From the NCBI RefSeq assembly GCF_006345805.1, contig NC_043007.1:64418001-64482000 (forward strand): a stretch of DNA of 64,000 bases. Reading direction: 5' to 3'. Shown here piece after piece: positions 51,761 through 64,000 of the stretch (its first letter is position 1; each line of letters starts with the position of its first letter). The translations under genes and the position numbers were made by a program. The notes beneath the pieces are model-generated. The model did no database searches. It saw only the letters and a program-made list of their open reading frames with translations, and was not told where the DNA came from. The stretch comes from Octopus sinensis (lineage: Eukaryota).

Positions 51761-52299
51761 ATGCTTTACCCTTTTTAGTCATTTGGCATATTAACCATTA
51801 AAGAATTTTTTAACAAATTCTAAGATCGTAGTGACTTCATCTTAAAACTATGAATAAGCCACCATTTTGACATGAGTAAAAAGCCCAAATTTTTCGTGCA
51901 TTAGTATTAAAGTTAAAATGTTATTACCTCTGAAATATGACTTTCACCATTTTGGATAACTATTTTGAAGAATTATACATTAAGGATTGTTGACAATTGT
52001 CCCAGTCAATTACCACTTAATTCACTTATCCAAATGCTTTTGGAGTCATTGATTTTAAGTAATGGTGATCATCAAAATTATAGTAGTCTGGGAAGTTTGT
52101 GTCCATTTTGATTGTTCGTATCAAAAACTCTGAGAACCACTTTGCAGAAGAGAAAAGTTGTTGTTTAACTCTAGGTCAGATCTGATGAAGCAAACCTATG
52201 ATCAAATGTATTCCAGTGTTGATCATGTATTTTATGCACATATAGTATAACAAGCAATATATTATTCAATGTTCCCCCTTTTTAATATTGGGGAAACAA

Positions 52300-52990
52300 T
52301 TTTTAATATTTGGCTTCTGTTACTACTAGGTCAAGCAAGCAGGTATTGCATGAGGCAGAAGTTATTGTGTATAGGTTCTCAATATGTTGTAGGATGTACT
52401 ATGCCAACCATATTACTGATGACAATCACTTACATCTTTGTTAGTATTTTGGCAAAAATCATAAACTGCCAAGTTTCAACAGTTATGAGACAGAAATTAT
52501 GATGATTTCCTTGATCACATCCTTTCTTAGTAGTGCCACCACTCCCCAGCTCATAGAATAATTCCTCTGATCTGCTCCCTGTAGACATATGCCAAAACAG
52601 CAGTGAACAAGTTTGGTTTATATGTATAAAGTTGGTAGAGAAGATCATTCAAACCAGATTATTTGCCTTTCACACATCCACTTACCACCATGTATATATT
52701 TCAGCACTGTTGTTGGTTTTTCACAGCACTTTGTACCTTTCACCAAGAACCATGGTGAGCCATTTAGATAGGCATTAAAATCCACTATCTCTAGTCCATT
52801 ACACATTCTGAACAGTTGGGCAAAGTACCACTGGAAAGCTACAAATACATCTGTCTCTTCTACCCAGGCCAATCAAATACCTTTCATTCCCTTGTGCCCA
52901 AGAGTACATGTCTGAGGTTTGACAATGTAACTCTTGTGACTCAGTTTCAAAGAAGTGCTTGGGGTCAGTTCTCCCCACTAAATCATTGGG
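52300..52990 (-). mobile_element. Very old LINE RT remnant
   Basis: 'KKGCDQGNHHNFCLIT..W.FMIFAKIL' and 'Q*YGWHSTSYNI' resemble RT domain 1-2 consensus KKG..D.GNYR.ISL...KIL / QYGFR..RST. Weak. Confidence 0.4.
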
Positions 52991-53689
52991 CAAAATGCCT
53001 TTCCTAATCACCTCTCCTTTTTTTCAGTAGTTGCCCCTCTAATTTATTTTTTTCTATCACTACTTGTTCATTAAATCCTATCCTTCAGAGTGCCCCACCA
53101 CTGATTGTTGACAATTGTCCCAGTCAATTACCACTTAATTCACTTATCCAAATGCTTTTGACAGTGCAATGGGAATAATGTATTCATCTTCCAGTGGCTG
53201 GGTCCCTGTCTATGAGTCCTATTTATTTTGATCATGTAAGTCACATATTTTTCTGTATAGCCAATTGAAAATGTAAATCCAACACTGTCTCTTTTGGCTG
53301 ATCTAACAAATTATCTAAATACAATATGATGCTCTGTGTTTACACTGGTACATTTAGAAGATCCAGTTGTTAGTTGCAACTGAGCAGGTTTATGAGGCAT
53401 TTACAAGCGCAGGCCACATATTTTGTAGGAAGATTATAATCAATTACATAGACCTCAGAACATTTATTAACTCTGGAAGGGTGAAAGCAAAGTTGACCTT
53501 GCAGGAATTGAACCCAGTACTTGGTGGGTATTTTACTGATCTCAGGAAGATGAAAGACAAAGTCAACTTCACTTTGAATTTAGATTATGAAGGTATATGT
53601 TTAAATATTACAAAACATTTGTGACATTCTACAGATTCATCCGATAATAATGTCTGGCATAAATGCCCAAATTTCGAGGGCAAGGCATA

Positions 53690-54560
53690 ACCAATTAAAT
53701 CAACCCACAATAGGACTGTGATGGAATGTTACTACAGAAGTGAGCCTGCCAAAATATGATGCAGGAAAAGAATGTATAAAATATGAATAGAAAAAGATGT
53801 TTCCTGTTCTAGAACAAAGATTTCTAGACAGAAAAATTTAATTGTGAAAAGACATGTGATTATCCAAGTTGGAGATGAGGAAATCAAACAAGAAATAGCA
53901 AAGAATCCAACAAATCCTCAGGAAAGAAATAATAGCCAGCACGAAAACAGATTTTATTTATGGAAGGAAAGAAGCTTACTACAACTGCTAAGTGAGACAC
54001 AGACAAATGAAAGAAAGTGACTAGCAGATTTGAGGAGAATTGAAAGGGAAAAACAATGTAAAATAGCAAAGAAGCTGGACAAGCTGTTAATGAAAGTCTA
54101 TGTTGAAAATATAACATGTCCAAACAGCTTCATATTTTGTGCAGCTTCTGTTGCTGTAGAAATTCTTGGGATTACAAGTCAAAAAAGAGCAAAAGACAAA
54201 GACTCATGGGGAAAATGAAGACTTGAGCATCAAGTTGAATAACTCAATGGACATCCTGGAAGGATAAATGCAATGACTGCAAAGAAAAAAGTGAAAGAAA
54301 GATAGAGGAATAGGCGCCAAATAAAGTACAACATAAGACACAGAGGATAACTGGTAGTTAAGAGTTAAGGAAAATTAAAGCAGTATCATGTAATGCAAAA
54401 AACTGCATGCCAACAAAGAATAAGCCAATAATCAGTAGAACAGGCTCTTCAGAAACAATGACAGGAAATTTCACTAACAAATGAACATCAGGAGAATGTG
54501 TCATATGCTGAAGCAGCAAGGAACTTTTGGCTAGATATTTGAAGTAAAGAGGTTCAACAG
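53690..54560 (+). mobile_element. R4/Dong-clade retrotransposon, N-terminal ORF fragment
   Basis: 'RTVMECYYRSEP...RKRM...EQRF' and 'WGK*RLEHQV' resemble Dong/R4 N-terminal motifs. Many stops. Confidence 0.65.
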
Positions 54561-55384
54561 AATGCCTTCCAGTATTTGTTCTAGTTCTCTGAGCTCTGAA
54601 TTAAGATCCTTCTGCAGTCAACTTGGCTTTTCATCTTTCAGGGTTGATAAACAAAGTACCAGTACAGTATTGATTTTGATTCTTCTTGTGAAGGCACATT
54701 ACCAAATGGATAAGGTATTCAGTTCATGATTGTAAAGTTGTGTGTTTGCAAAGTTGTGTGTTCCTGGACTTCGTAGCATGTTGTGTCCTTGAGCAAGTCA
54801 GTTCATTTCACATTGCTCTAGTCTATGAAGCAGTAAATGAGTACCAATTGGTTGCAGCCCTCTCTCCTTTCAACTGTTATACCCTTGGTGTTCCATTGCG
54901 TCAAGGGTGAAGGGGGTAGGATGAGAGGATGCTTATGTCTGTAACTATGTAGACACTTGAAATAATTAGATAGAAGATCTGTTCAGTGCATTAGACATAT
55001 TACCAAACCGTATTTGTTCACAAATGATGGCTGGCCTTACTAATGTACTACCCAAATCTCTAATGAGTCTATTCTTCACAATTACACAAGCAGAAAAAGT
55101 GAAGCAAATATTGATGCTTCACCATTTTGGCAACTCACCAACAAAAATTCCTTACATTGGTCAATGATTAAGCCACCTATTTGTACACAAAAGAAATAGT
55201 CAACTGAACCAATTCAAATACATGCCAGTATTTATTTTATCAATCTTTGTAGAATGATAGGCAAATTTAACCCTGTGAGATTATTGCTTGTTTACACTTT
55301 TTCGATATCAGTGTCTTTACATCACTGGAAAAAGGATATATATTTGCAGAGGAAAGCCTACTTTTCATTGACAGCTTTGATTGT

Positions 55385-55429
55385 CACACACTGATGATGG
55401 GTCAATACCCAGAAACTCGAGTCTGTGTG
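55385..55429 (+). ncRNA. Minimal type-I hammerhead ribozyme motif (Penelope-like)
   Basis: cacaca-CTGATGA-tgggt(caat)accca-GAAA-C(tcga)G-TC-tgtgtg: complete core, 6-bp stem I, 5-bp stem II, palindromic short stem III, GUC cleavage triplet at 55421-55423. Confidence 0.85.
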
Positions 55430-55919
55430 CATCATAGGTTGAAGACGGGAAGGATGGCTTCCCTTTGCAAATACTGATAGGGCACAGAATGTGTGTCAAT
55501 AGCCAGCTGGAGGAGGTGTCCTCCTGGGGCTACAAGCTACAGTAGCATTCACCCTTAGGGGTTAGCCATATTTAAATGGCAAACATACTTCACTATATAA
55601 AAGTTATTCTTAAGAAATACTATATTTATTTTATTAACCTTTAAGAGCTGAATTTTGGGGTGACAACGTCTATAACATAACAATTCTGTATCCTCTCTAC
55701 CTCAACAATGTCTGGTGAAGGGTGTTCCATCTATCTGTTTATATTTTAGAATCCCACAAGATTTTTGCATTCTTTGACACTCTATATATGGTACCATTTC
55801 AAGTTTACATCAAGACCATACTGTTTCACCAAGCACCAGTACAAATGCAAACATACGTTATAATGAAGCCTTTTATGGTCTCTCTGTGTGAGCATTTTAC
55901 AGATATTCATATGATAGGG

Positions 55920-58232
55920 TAGAGTTTCTACATAGTCTGCATTTGTCTCAGGTAACCACAATATAGCTAACAAGGAGTATGAAGAAAAACTGATAGATAT
56001 TTGGAGTACCAAATGGAAATCTCATGGATATGAAACATTCAAACTACAGTCATGCTACTAGTAGTTGGAGCTCTTGGCTCCATTCCTAATAAGTTAGCAA
56101 CAAACATCAATGAGCTAATTATAATATCTAATGTTATTGCTTTATAAAAATTGACATTATTTGGAATTGGTAATATCCTGTAAAAAGTACTCTTTTTTTG
56201 AGGTCATATGGCTTGATTGAGAGTATTTAGTTGGTGCCCAGCCAAAGCCTTAAGTTGTACAAAAGGAAAAATAATGTTCCTAACTGAGGCATGTGGCCAG
56301 CAATTTTGACCATAATGCTTCAATGGTGCTTTATTTTATTATAAATTGTGGAGGTACATGGCTTAGTGTTAGATTGTTGGACTCGTGATTGTAAGATTGT
56401 AGTTTCAATTCCTGGACTGGGTGATGCATTGTATTCTTGAGCAAAACACTTCAGTTCATGTTGCTCCAGTCCACTCAACTGTAGAAATCAGTACCACTAG
56501 TGGAGGTATGCTGCTTAGTGCTTAGGGTGTTGGATTCACGACCATAAGATTGTGGCTTCGATCTCTAGACCAGGTGATTCATTGTGTCCTTGAGCAAAGC
56601 ACTTTATTTCACATTGCTCCAGTATTCTCAGCTATAAAAATGAGTTCAGTCTGGGGAGGGATGGGCTCTGTAGTGTCCAAACTCTAAGAGGATGAAAGGC
56701 AAAACTAACCTTGTCAGGATTTGAATTTAGAATATAAAGTGCAGAAGCAAATACCACAAGGCATTTTCCAATGCTATAAAGATTTGGCCAAACCACTGCA
56801 CTTTTTCTAAGACAGGCACAAGATCAGAAATTTCATGGGAGGGAAACAATCAATTATAACATCCTTGGAAAGATGAAAGGCAAAGTTGACCAGTAGAATT
56901 TGAACTCATAGTGCGAAGAACTGGAAAGAAATAGAAGACATCTATTGAATGCTTGAATGATTTTTGCCAATCCTCTTCTTGTATAAAACAAATAATTATT
57001 ATCATTTCTAGCATAGGAACAAGGCCACAATTAGTGGAGAAGGTGGTTACTTGATGAAATCAATTCTAGTGCTTAACTAGTACTTTATTTTATTGATTCT
57101 GGAAGGATGACCAACAAATTTGACCTCTGTGAGATTTGAACCCAAAATGTTGAATTGAAACAAATGTCTCTATTTGAATTGAAACAATGTTGAATTGAAA
57201 CTGCCTCCATTTTTTCTATCATATGACTTTGTAAATGAACAATCTGGTAACAATCTGGTATACAGTGCATTTCTCTGCCCTAGGTGTTAGGAAGATACTC
57301 AGCAAGAAATGGAAACAGAACTGAAAGATGATAAATAACAACAACAACGACAACGATGATGATAAGACCAAGCAACAACCCATCAGTGGCTGAGAAGTTC
57401 AGGATTGAAAGCAGAGACTGAAGGTTTCATATTGGTGGCCCAAGATCAAAGCTTGCTCACTAAAAACTACCAGGCTAACGTTCTTCAAAACAGTTCTGAC
57501 CCTTAATGCAAATTCTGCAACACATTTGATGAAACAAGAGACCATCTCATCTTGAGATGTCCTGTGCTGACACAAAATGAATGCAAAAATTGCCACGAAA
57601 AGGTAGGGCAGTATTTACATTGGAAAATATGTAAACATTACAAAATCAGCACTCCTGCTTACTGGTATGAACATCATCTTGAGCCAGTCATTGAAGGTAA
57701 AAAATGTTACTATCCTCTGGGATATTCCAGTCAACACTGACGGAACGATATGGCTAACTGACCAGACATAATTATTAAAGACTGTGAAGGAAATACTTGT
57801 AGACTAAAAGATGTAGGTGTTCCCACTGATGAAAATATATCTGTAGAGAAATTTGACAAATTAAGTAAATATAAGGACCTGGAAATTGAAATACAAAGGA
57901 TGTGGCATCATAAAGTGAGAACTGTTCTTGTTATTGTAGGTGCCTTAGGTATGATAAAAAAGGGGTGTCAGAAAATTCTAGATAAGATCCCAGCAGAAGT
58001 ATGTCTCTAAGAAGTCCAAAGGATTGTGCTGACAAGTCCTGCCTACATCCTTTAAAAAACCCTATCCATTTAAATGTTTGTGTCGTGTTACATGAAGATA
58101 TTTTGCTACTGCCCCTGCCACTTCCCCTCCCCAAGCGTTTAGTCATACTGTAACATCTCTTAACCTTCACTTGCCCTAGGATGCTGGGTGCATCTTGGCA
58201 AGTGACTGTAACAAACATGCAGATTAATAGTA

Positions 58233-58287
<55 letters not shown>

Positions 58288-58858
58288 TGATGCAGTACAT
58301 GGCTTCTGATCTTAACTGATTGGAAGTGTTATCATATACATTGTTTTATCTTGGTATAGAAGATGGGCTACAGCAAATATTCTGCTCAATACCACTGATT
58401 TGCTTGTCAGTTGTTTGACCATAACTAGTTGAGCATGTCCCATCCCTGATCATGAGCAGAAGTAGTGGGGGAGCATCATAGCTATGTGTTGAGAGCAATT
58501 CTTTGGGGTTCGATGAAACAAGAGACCATCTCATCTTTGGATGTCCTGTGCTGACACCAAATGAACGCAAAAATTGCCACATGGGTGTTTCGCTGAACAT
58601 TCTTAAACAACCCTTTTTCAGGGACCTTTTGAGTAGGATGGGCTACTCAACATGAAGAAAGTTCTAACTGGGCCCTACCTGCAAGGTCATGTGCTGTTTA
58701 TCTTGATATGAGATCACTATGTAGCTCACATATGGTTGTAATGCATGTGCCTGGTGTACCTATATCAGATGGGTAGTCATGATAGGTATATATTGGGCTT
58801 TGTATAATTGTACTCCAGTGTCACTTTGATGGCATGCACTGCTCTTTCACTCAATAGC

Positions 58859-58903
<45 letters not shown>

Positions 58904-59114
58904 CCTTTCTACTGTAGGCACAAGGCCTGAAATTTTGGGGAGGGGGTAAGTCGATTACATCGACTCCAGTACTTGACTGGTACTTCATTTATTGACCCTG
59001 AAAGGATGAAAAGCAAAGTCGACCTTGGTGGAATTTGAACTCAGAATGTAGCGACAGGCAAAATTCCGTTTAGCATTTTGCCTGGAGTGCTAACAATTTT
59101 ACCAGCTCGCCACC

Positions 59115-59168
<54 letters not shown>

Positions 59169-59183
59169 GTAATAATAATAATA

Positions 59184-59240
<57 letters not shown>

Positions 59241-61600
59241 TCTACTAAAGGTACAAGGCCTGAAATTTTGGAGGAGGAGCTAGTCAATTACATTGACCCC
59301 AGTGTTTCACTGGTACTTAATTTATCAATCCCCAAAGGATCAAAGGCAAAGTCGACCTCAACAGAATTTGAACTCAGAAGGTAGTGACAGGCAAAATACT
59401 ACTAAAAAGAAGAAAAAGTGATCTAAAGAGATGCAATGAGGCATTGATGTGCAGCATCCAGGAACAAGATCTGAGAACTAATTACATCAAGTTCCAAATA
59501 GATAAGAGCAGTGAATAGCCCCCTTGTAGGATGTGTGGCAGCAGAAATGAAACAATCTCACATATTGTGAGTGAGTGTAGCAATCTGACTCAAAAGCAAT
59601 ACAAAAGGCAACACGAAAATGTGGCTAAATTTATTCACTGGAGTCTATGTAAATAGTACAGCTAGGACATTGCATAGTAATGGTACAAACATGAACCAGG
59701 AGTCATTGAGAACAAGGAATATAAGATACCGTAGGATTTTACAATCCAATGTAACTCCCTAATTGATGCTTGGAGACCAGATATTGTGGTGGATAAAGGA
59801 GAAAAGCAAACCAAGATTAAAGATATTGCAATACCTGGGGATGTGTACACAAATGACAAAGAACTAGAAAAGATGGAAAAGTGCAGACTATTAAAAGATG
59901 AAATTACAAGTATGTGGACTATAAGGAGAGTGTCATTGCAGTAGTTGTAGGGGCAATTGGAGCACTAGCAACCAAGTTCAAGAAATATGTCAGAGAAATC
60001 AGAATTGACATGAGAGCAAAGCAAGCCCAAAAAGTGTTCTGTTGGGGGAAGCTAAGATTTTGAGATAGGTACTTGGGTGTTGAATGTCTTCCACGATAAT
60101 TTACAACCAATTATCAAAGATTATAATGTACGGAAAGAGGCCCTGTGAGACATCTGACAGCAGGCTGCTGTCTGCTCTTGCAGAATCAACCTGAGCAAAC
60201 AAAACTGAGTGCTCTGAGAAGTAAAACGACAACAGCAACAACAATAGTAATAATGTGGAACAAAATCCTGAGCTTGGTTAAAAAAAAAGGCTAATTAGAA
60301 AAGAAACAAAGAGTCTGATTGTAATAGCCCATGATCAAGCGATATAAACAAACAACTTGAGGAAAAATGTATATGGGGAGAATGTGTTCGGAAAATGTAG
60401 TTTGTAGAACTTGGAATGAGACAGTGACACACATTGTTGCAGAATGTCCCCAGTTGGCACAGGAAGAATATAAGAAATGGAAGCATGATGAAGAAGTTTT
60501 ACCAGAAATGGGTATTTGAAGCTGGAGACACATGGTTTGATTATTGGGTCAAAAGAGCACTGGAGTCAGAGAAACGTAAGATTTTGTGGGACTTTCCTAT
60601 TCAAATGGACAAGAAGCTAGAAAATAATAGACCAGACATAGCAATAATAGACAAGGAAGAGTGAAGTTGCTTACTATTTGATCCAGAAAAGAAAAAAGAC
60701 AAAAAAACAAACAAAACGATCCCTTAAGATTTGAAATTGCAAGAATTTGAAGTATGAAAACTGTAATTGTACCTATAATAAATGGTGCATTAGGAACTGT
60801 AAAGATATAGACAAATGGTCAAAGGAGATTGGAAAAGAATGTCCAGTAGAACTTTCTACAGATAGTAAGGGACAGGAAAGATTATCAGGAGGATTCTAAG
60901 CACTTGAAAAACCATTGAAAACTTGTGGATACCTAAGGTTACAGTTAGTAATCTGCTACCGACATAAATCTTACCAGGAATAAGACAAAACCTAAGGCAA
61001 ATCAAAAATAATAATAATAATAATGAACAAAATTGACAACACTACCAAAAACAACAAATGCAGAATATATGGTTAGAGGAGTGAAACGGTATGGCACGTT
61101 GTTAGCAAATGCTTGAAATTGGCACAATGTAATTACAAAAGGTGACATAACAATGTGGCAAAAATGATCCATTGAGAGCTCTGTGGAAATCACAGCCTAC
61201 AAAAAGCAAAGACGTGGTATGAACAAACCCCAGTGGTCACTGAGAATGAAGATTGCAAAATTCTGTGGGATGCTATGATTCAATGCGATTACCTGACCAG
61301 ACATCGGAAAATGGACATTGTTGTGGTTAATAAAAAAGAAAGCACCAACATAGCATGTCCTGGTTAGGATAGGATCAAAGAGAAAGAAGAAAACTGAAGA
61401 ACTATGACAATTTGAAGTGGAAAATTGAAAGTTTTGGTCAACAAGGAGAGTAGACATGATACCAATAGTAACTGGTGCACTTGGAAGTATCAGCACTCAA
61501 CAACCAGCATGGCTCAAACAGATTGGTACAAATATAAAGATAAAACACCTACAAAAATCAGTATTGCAGGGTTCTTGAAGCAAGTGTGAGCTTAGTCACT
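55920..61600 (+). mobile_element. Five or more R4/Dong 3' fragments (approx. 55920-56200, 57290-58232, 59420-60250, 60270-61005, 61025-61640)
   Basis: Repeated CCHC knuckles (CKFCNTFDETRDHLILRCP; CRMCGSRNETISHIVSECS; ETVTHIVAECP) and RLE motifs (ILWDFPIQ...NRPDIAIIDK; VGALG). Each copy has a distinct sequence. Confidence 0.88.
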
Positions 61601-61640
61601 TTCCATCATACCCAGCAAAGTAAGCTGTGAGTTTTCATCA

Positions 61641-61704
<64 letters not shown>

Positions 61705-62227
61705 CCTTGATGCAATACCAGGCTCTGGCTCTCGTGGCTTCTAATTTTAACTGATTGGAAGTCTTATCATGAACATTGTTTTGTCTTGGTATAAAAGATG
61801 GGCTACAGCAAATATTCTGCTCAATACCACAGATTTGCCTGTCAGTTGTTTGACCTTAACTAGTTGAGCATGTCCCATTGCGGCTGATAATATGTGCATT
61901 TCTGACCATGAGCAGAAGTAGTGGGGGAGCATCATAGCCATGTGTTGAGTGGAATTCTGTGGGGTTTGAATAAACAAAGCTTATTGAGGGACCTTTTGAG
62001 TGGGATGGGCTTCTCAACCTGAAGAAAATTCTAACTGAGCCCCACCTGCAAGGTCATGAGTTGCTTATATGGTTGTGATGCATGTGCCTGGTGTACCTTT
62101 ATCAGACGGGCAGTCATGATGGGTATATTGGGCTTCGTATGATTGTACTCCAGTGTCACTTTGATGGCATGCACCTACCCTCTCACTCAGTAATAATAAT
62201 AATGATAATAATAATAATAATAATAAT
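58233..62227. repeat. (AAT)n microsatellite tracts at 58233-58286, 58859-58903, 59117-59237, 61007-61024, 61641-61703, 62192-62227
   Basis: Direct reading. Confidence 0.97.
58288..58858. repeat. Unclassified ~570-bp interspersed repeat bounded by (AAT)n (second copy 61704-62191)
   Basis: Both copies share ggctacagcaaatattctgctcaataccac...gagcagaagtagtgggggagcatcatagc...cactttgatggcatgcac. No coding motif seen. Confidence 0.85.
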
Positions 62228-62299
62228 CCTTTCTACTATAGGCACAAGGCCTGAAATTTGAGGTAGGGGGATAGTTGATTACATCAACCCCAGTGCAAA

Positions 62300-62330
<31 letters not shown>

Positions 62331-62339
62331 TATCAACAT

Positions 62340-64000
62340 GAAAGGGAAAAAGGGAAATCAAAAGGGAAGAAAAATATCAGGAACTGGAACATAGATATAG
62401 GAGAAAGAAAAAAGGGCTAAATGTAGTTCTTGAAAAGTTGAAACAAAGGCTAGAGCGACAAAGATTAAGAGATATGGCCAAAGAATTAAACAATATAAAA
62501 TCAACAGATTGTTCCAACAAGACTAGAAAAGAATTTATCAATGGCTGTATTGAAAGGTTAACAGGAGTGAGAGACCAGATGCTGAAGACAGTAGAAGGTT
62601 TTGGAGTAACATCTGGGATAATAGAAGAAAGCATAACAAAGATGCTAAATGGTTGAAGGAATTAAGATTGGAAAAATATGAAGTGAAACAGAGCAATATT
62701 AGAACAATGACTGAAATGGTAACCAAACAGACAACAAAGTTGCCAAACTGGAAATACCCAGGCCCAGATGGGGTACAAGGATATTGGGTAAAACATTTCC
62801 CAGCATTACACAGAATAGCCACACAAATGGATAAAATGATCAACAACAGGGTGCAAATCCCAAAGTGGCTGACCCCAGTAAAACAGTTCTTTGTCAAAAG
62901 GATTCCAGTAAAGGTAATGCAGTGAATAATTACCAGCCTATCATTTGCTTGCTACTGATGTGGAAGCTAATGACAGGAATAATATCTAATTATGTATATA
63001 ACTTCCTGGAAATGAATGACAAACTGCTAGTGGAACCGAAGGGATGCAGAGGGAAAAGCCAAGGGACAAAAGACCAACTTCTGACAGACAAAATAGTACT
63101 GGACGACTGCAAGAAAAGACTTACTAATCTGGGCATAGCATAGATCGATTATAAGAAAGTGTATGACATGGTCCTCCATTCCTGGATTTTAGAAAGTCTT
63201 GAGCTGGTACAGGTGTCTGATAACATATCAAATTTTGTTAGGAGATCAATGGAAAACTGGAATACAGAGTTAACTTCATATTGAAAAATTTTGGCAAAGG
63301 ATAACATCAAGAAAGGCATATTTCAAGGAAATAGCCTATCACCATTGCTGTTTGTGATTTGTAAGATACCCCTTACATAGATACTACAGAAAGTGACATT
63401 AGGGTACATCTTGAAAAGTGGAGGAAAATTAAATCATCTGTTATATATGGATGACTTAAAGATCTTTGGGAAGACTGAACATGAAATAAATGACCTAGTT
63501 TTAACAGTGCAAATATTCAGTAAGGATAATGGAATGGAATCTGGGATTAAAGAGTGTGGTATGCTTATAATACAAAGAGGTAAAGTAGTGTCATCTGACA
63601 GAGTAGAGCTACCCAATGGTGAGAAAATCAAGCATATTGAGACTAATGGATATAAATATCTGGGAATTTTAGAATATGACAAAATCAAGGAAGGTGAAAT
63701 GAAGGAAAACTTTAGATGAGAATATCTCAGAAGAACCAAATTAATAATGGGAAGTAAGCTCAATGGAAAAAACAAGATCAGGGCAAGGAACACACTGGCT
63801 GTTTCCTTAATGTGACATGGCGCAGGTGTCGTTGGGTGGACAAAGAATGAGCTTGAAGAAATGGATAGGAAAAACCTGAAAAGTAATGACAATTAACAAG
63901 GAACTACACCCCCAAAATGATACTGACAGGCTGTATGTGCCTACGAACAGAGGAGAAAGATGCAAGATCTGTGTAGTCAACAAGAAGAACTGTGGGGGAT
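62340..64000 (+). mobile_element. R4/Dong RT region, degraded, continues beyond the window
   Basis: 'PNWKYPGPDGVQGYWVK', 'YQPIICL...WKLMTGII', '[10 protein letters not shown]', 'GIFQGNSLSPLLF', 'LNHLLYMDDLKIFGK', 'YKYLGILE'. Confidence 0.93.

Noticed and set aside
52434-52578. Exon-like segment with good splice sites on the minus strand
   Set aside because: Its only open frame resembles a decayed LINE RT domain, and no partner exons were found.

Overview
AT-rich, microsatellite- and transposon-dense eukaryotic genomic DNA. The repeat families (RTE tails ending in (GAT)n, tRNA-derived SINEs, R4/Dong LINEs, Penelope remnants) look like those of a coleoid cephalopod, probably Octopus; this is an inference. 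Two spliced genes sit head-to-head and share a ~220-bp bidirectional promoter at ~23.3-23.55 kb. ZNF830 (minus strand) has six coding exons in the window and its 3' end lies left of base 1. MGME1 (plus strand) has one predicted non-coding exon and four coding exons giving 395 aa. Introns and the 3' flank hold decayed mariner, maT, hAT, Merlin, piggyBac, RTE, Penelope and R4/Dong elements. Highlights: (i) two minimal type-I hammerhead ribozyme motifs, one canonical and enclosed in an 18-bp basal stem (55341-55473), one in the sense strand of ZNF830 intron 1 (22907-22941); (ii) a hAT element with perfect 8-bp TSD whose transposase halves face each other around a CCAAT/TATA module; (iii) a ~10-kb nest of R4/Dong fragments, SINEs and an unclassified ~570-bp repeat stacked in (AAT)n tracts; (iv) copy-number-variable ~62-bp hairpin arrays in RTE 3' UTRs; (v) several templated duplications. 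No prokaryotic system or CRISPR array is present. Most ORFs in the supplied track are spurious microsatellite or TE read-throughs. All alignments and folds were done by eye.
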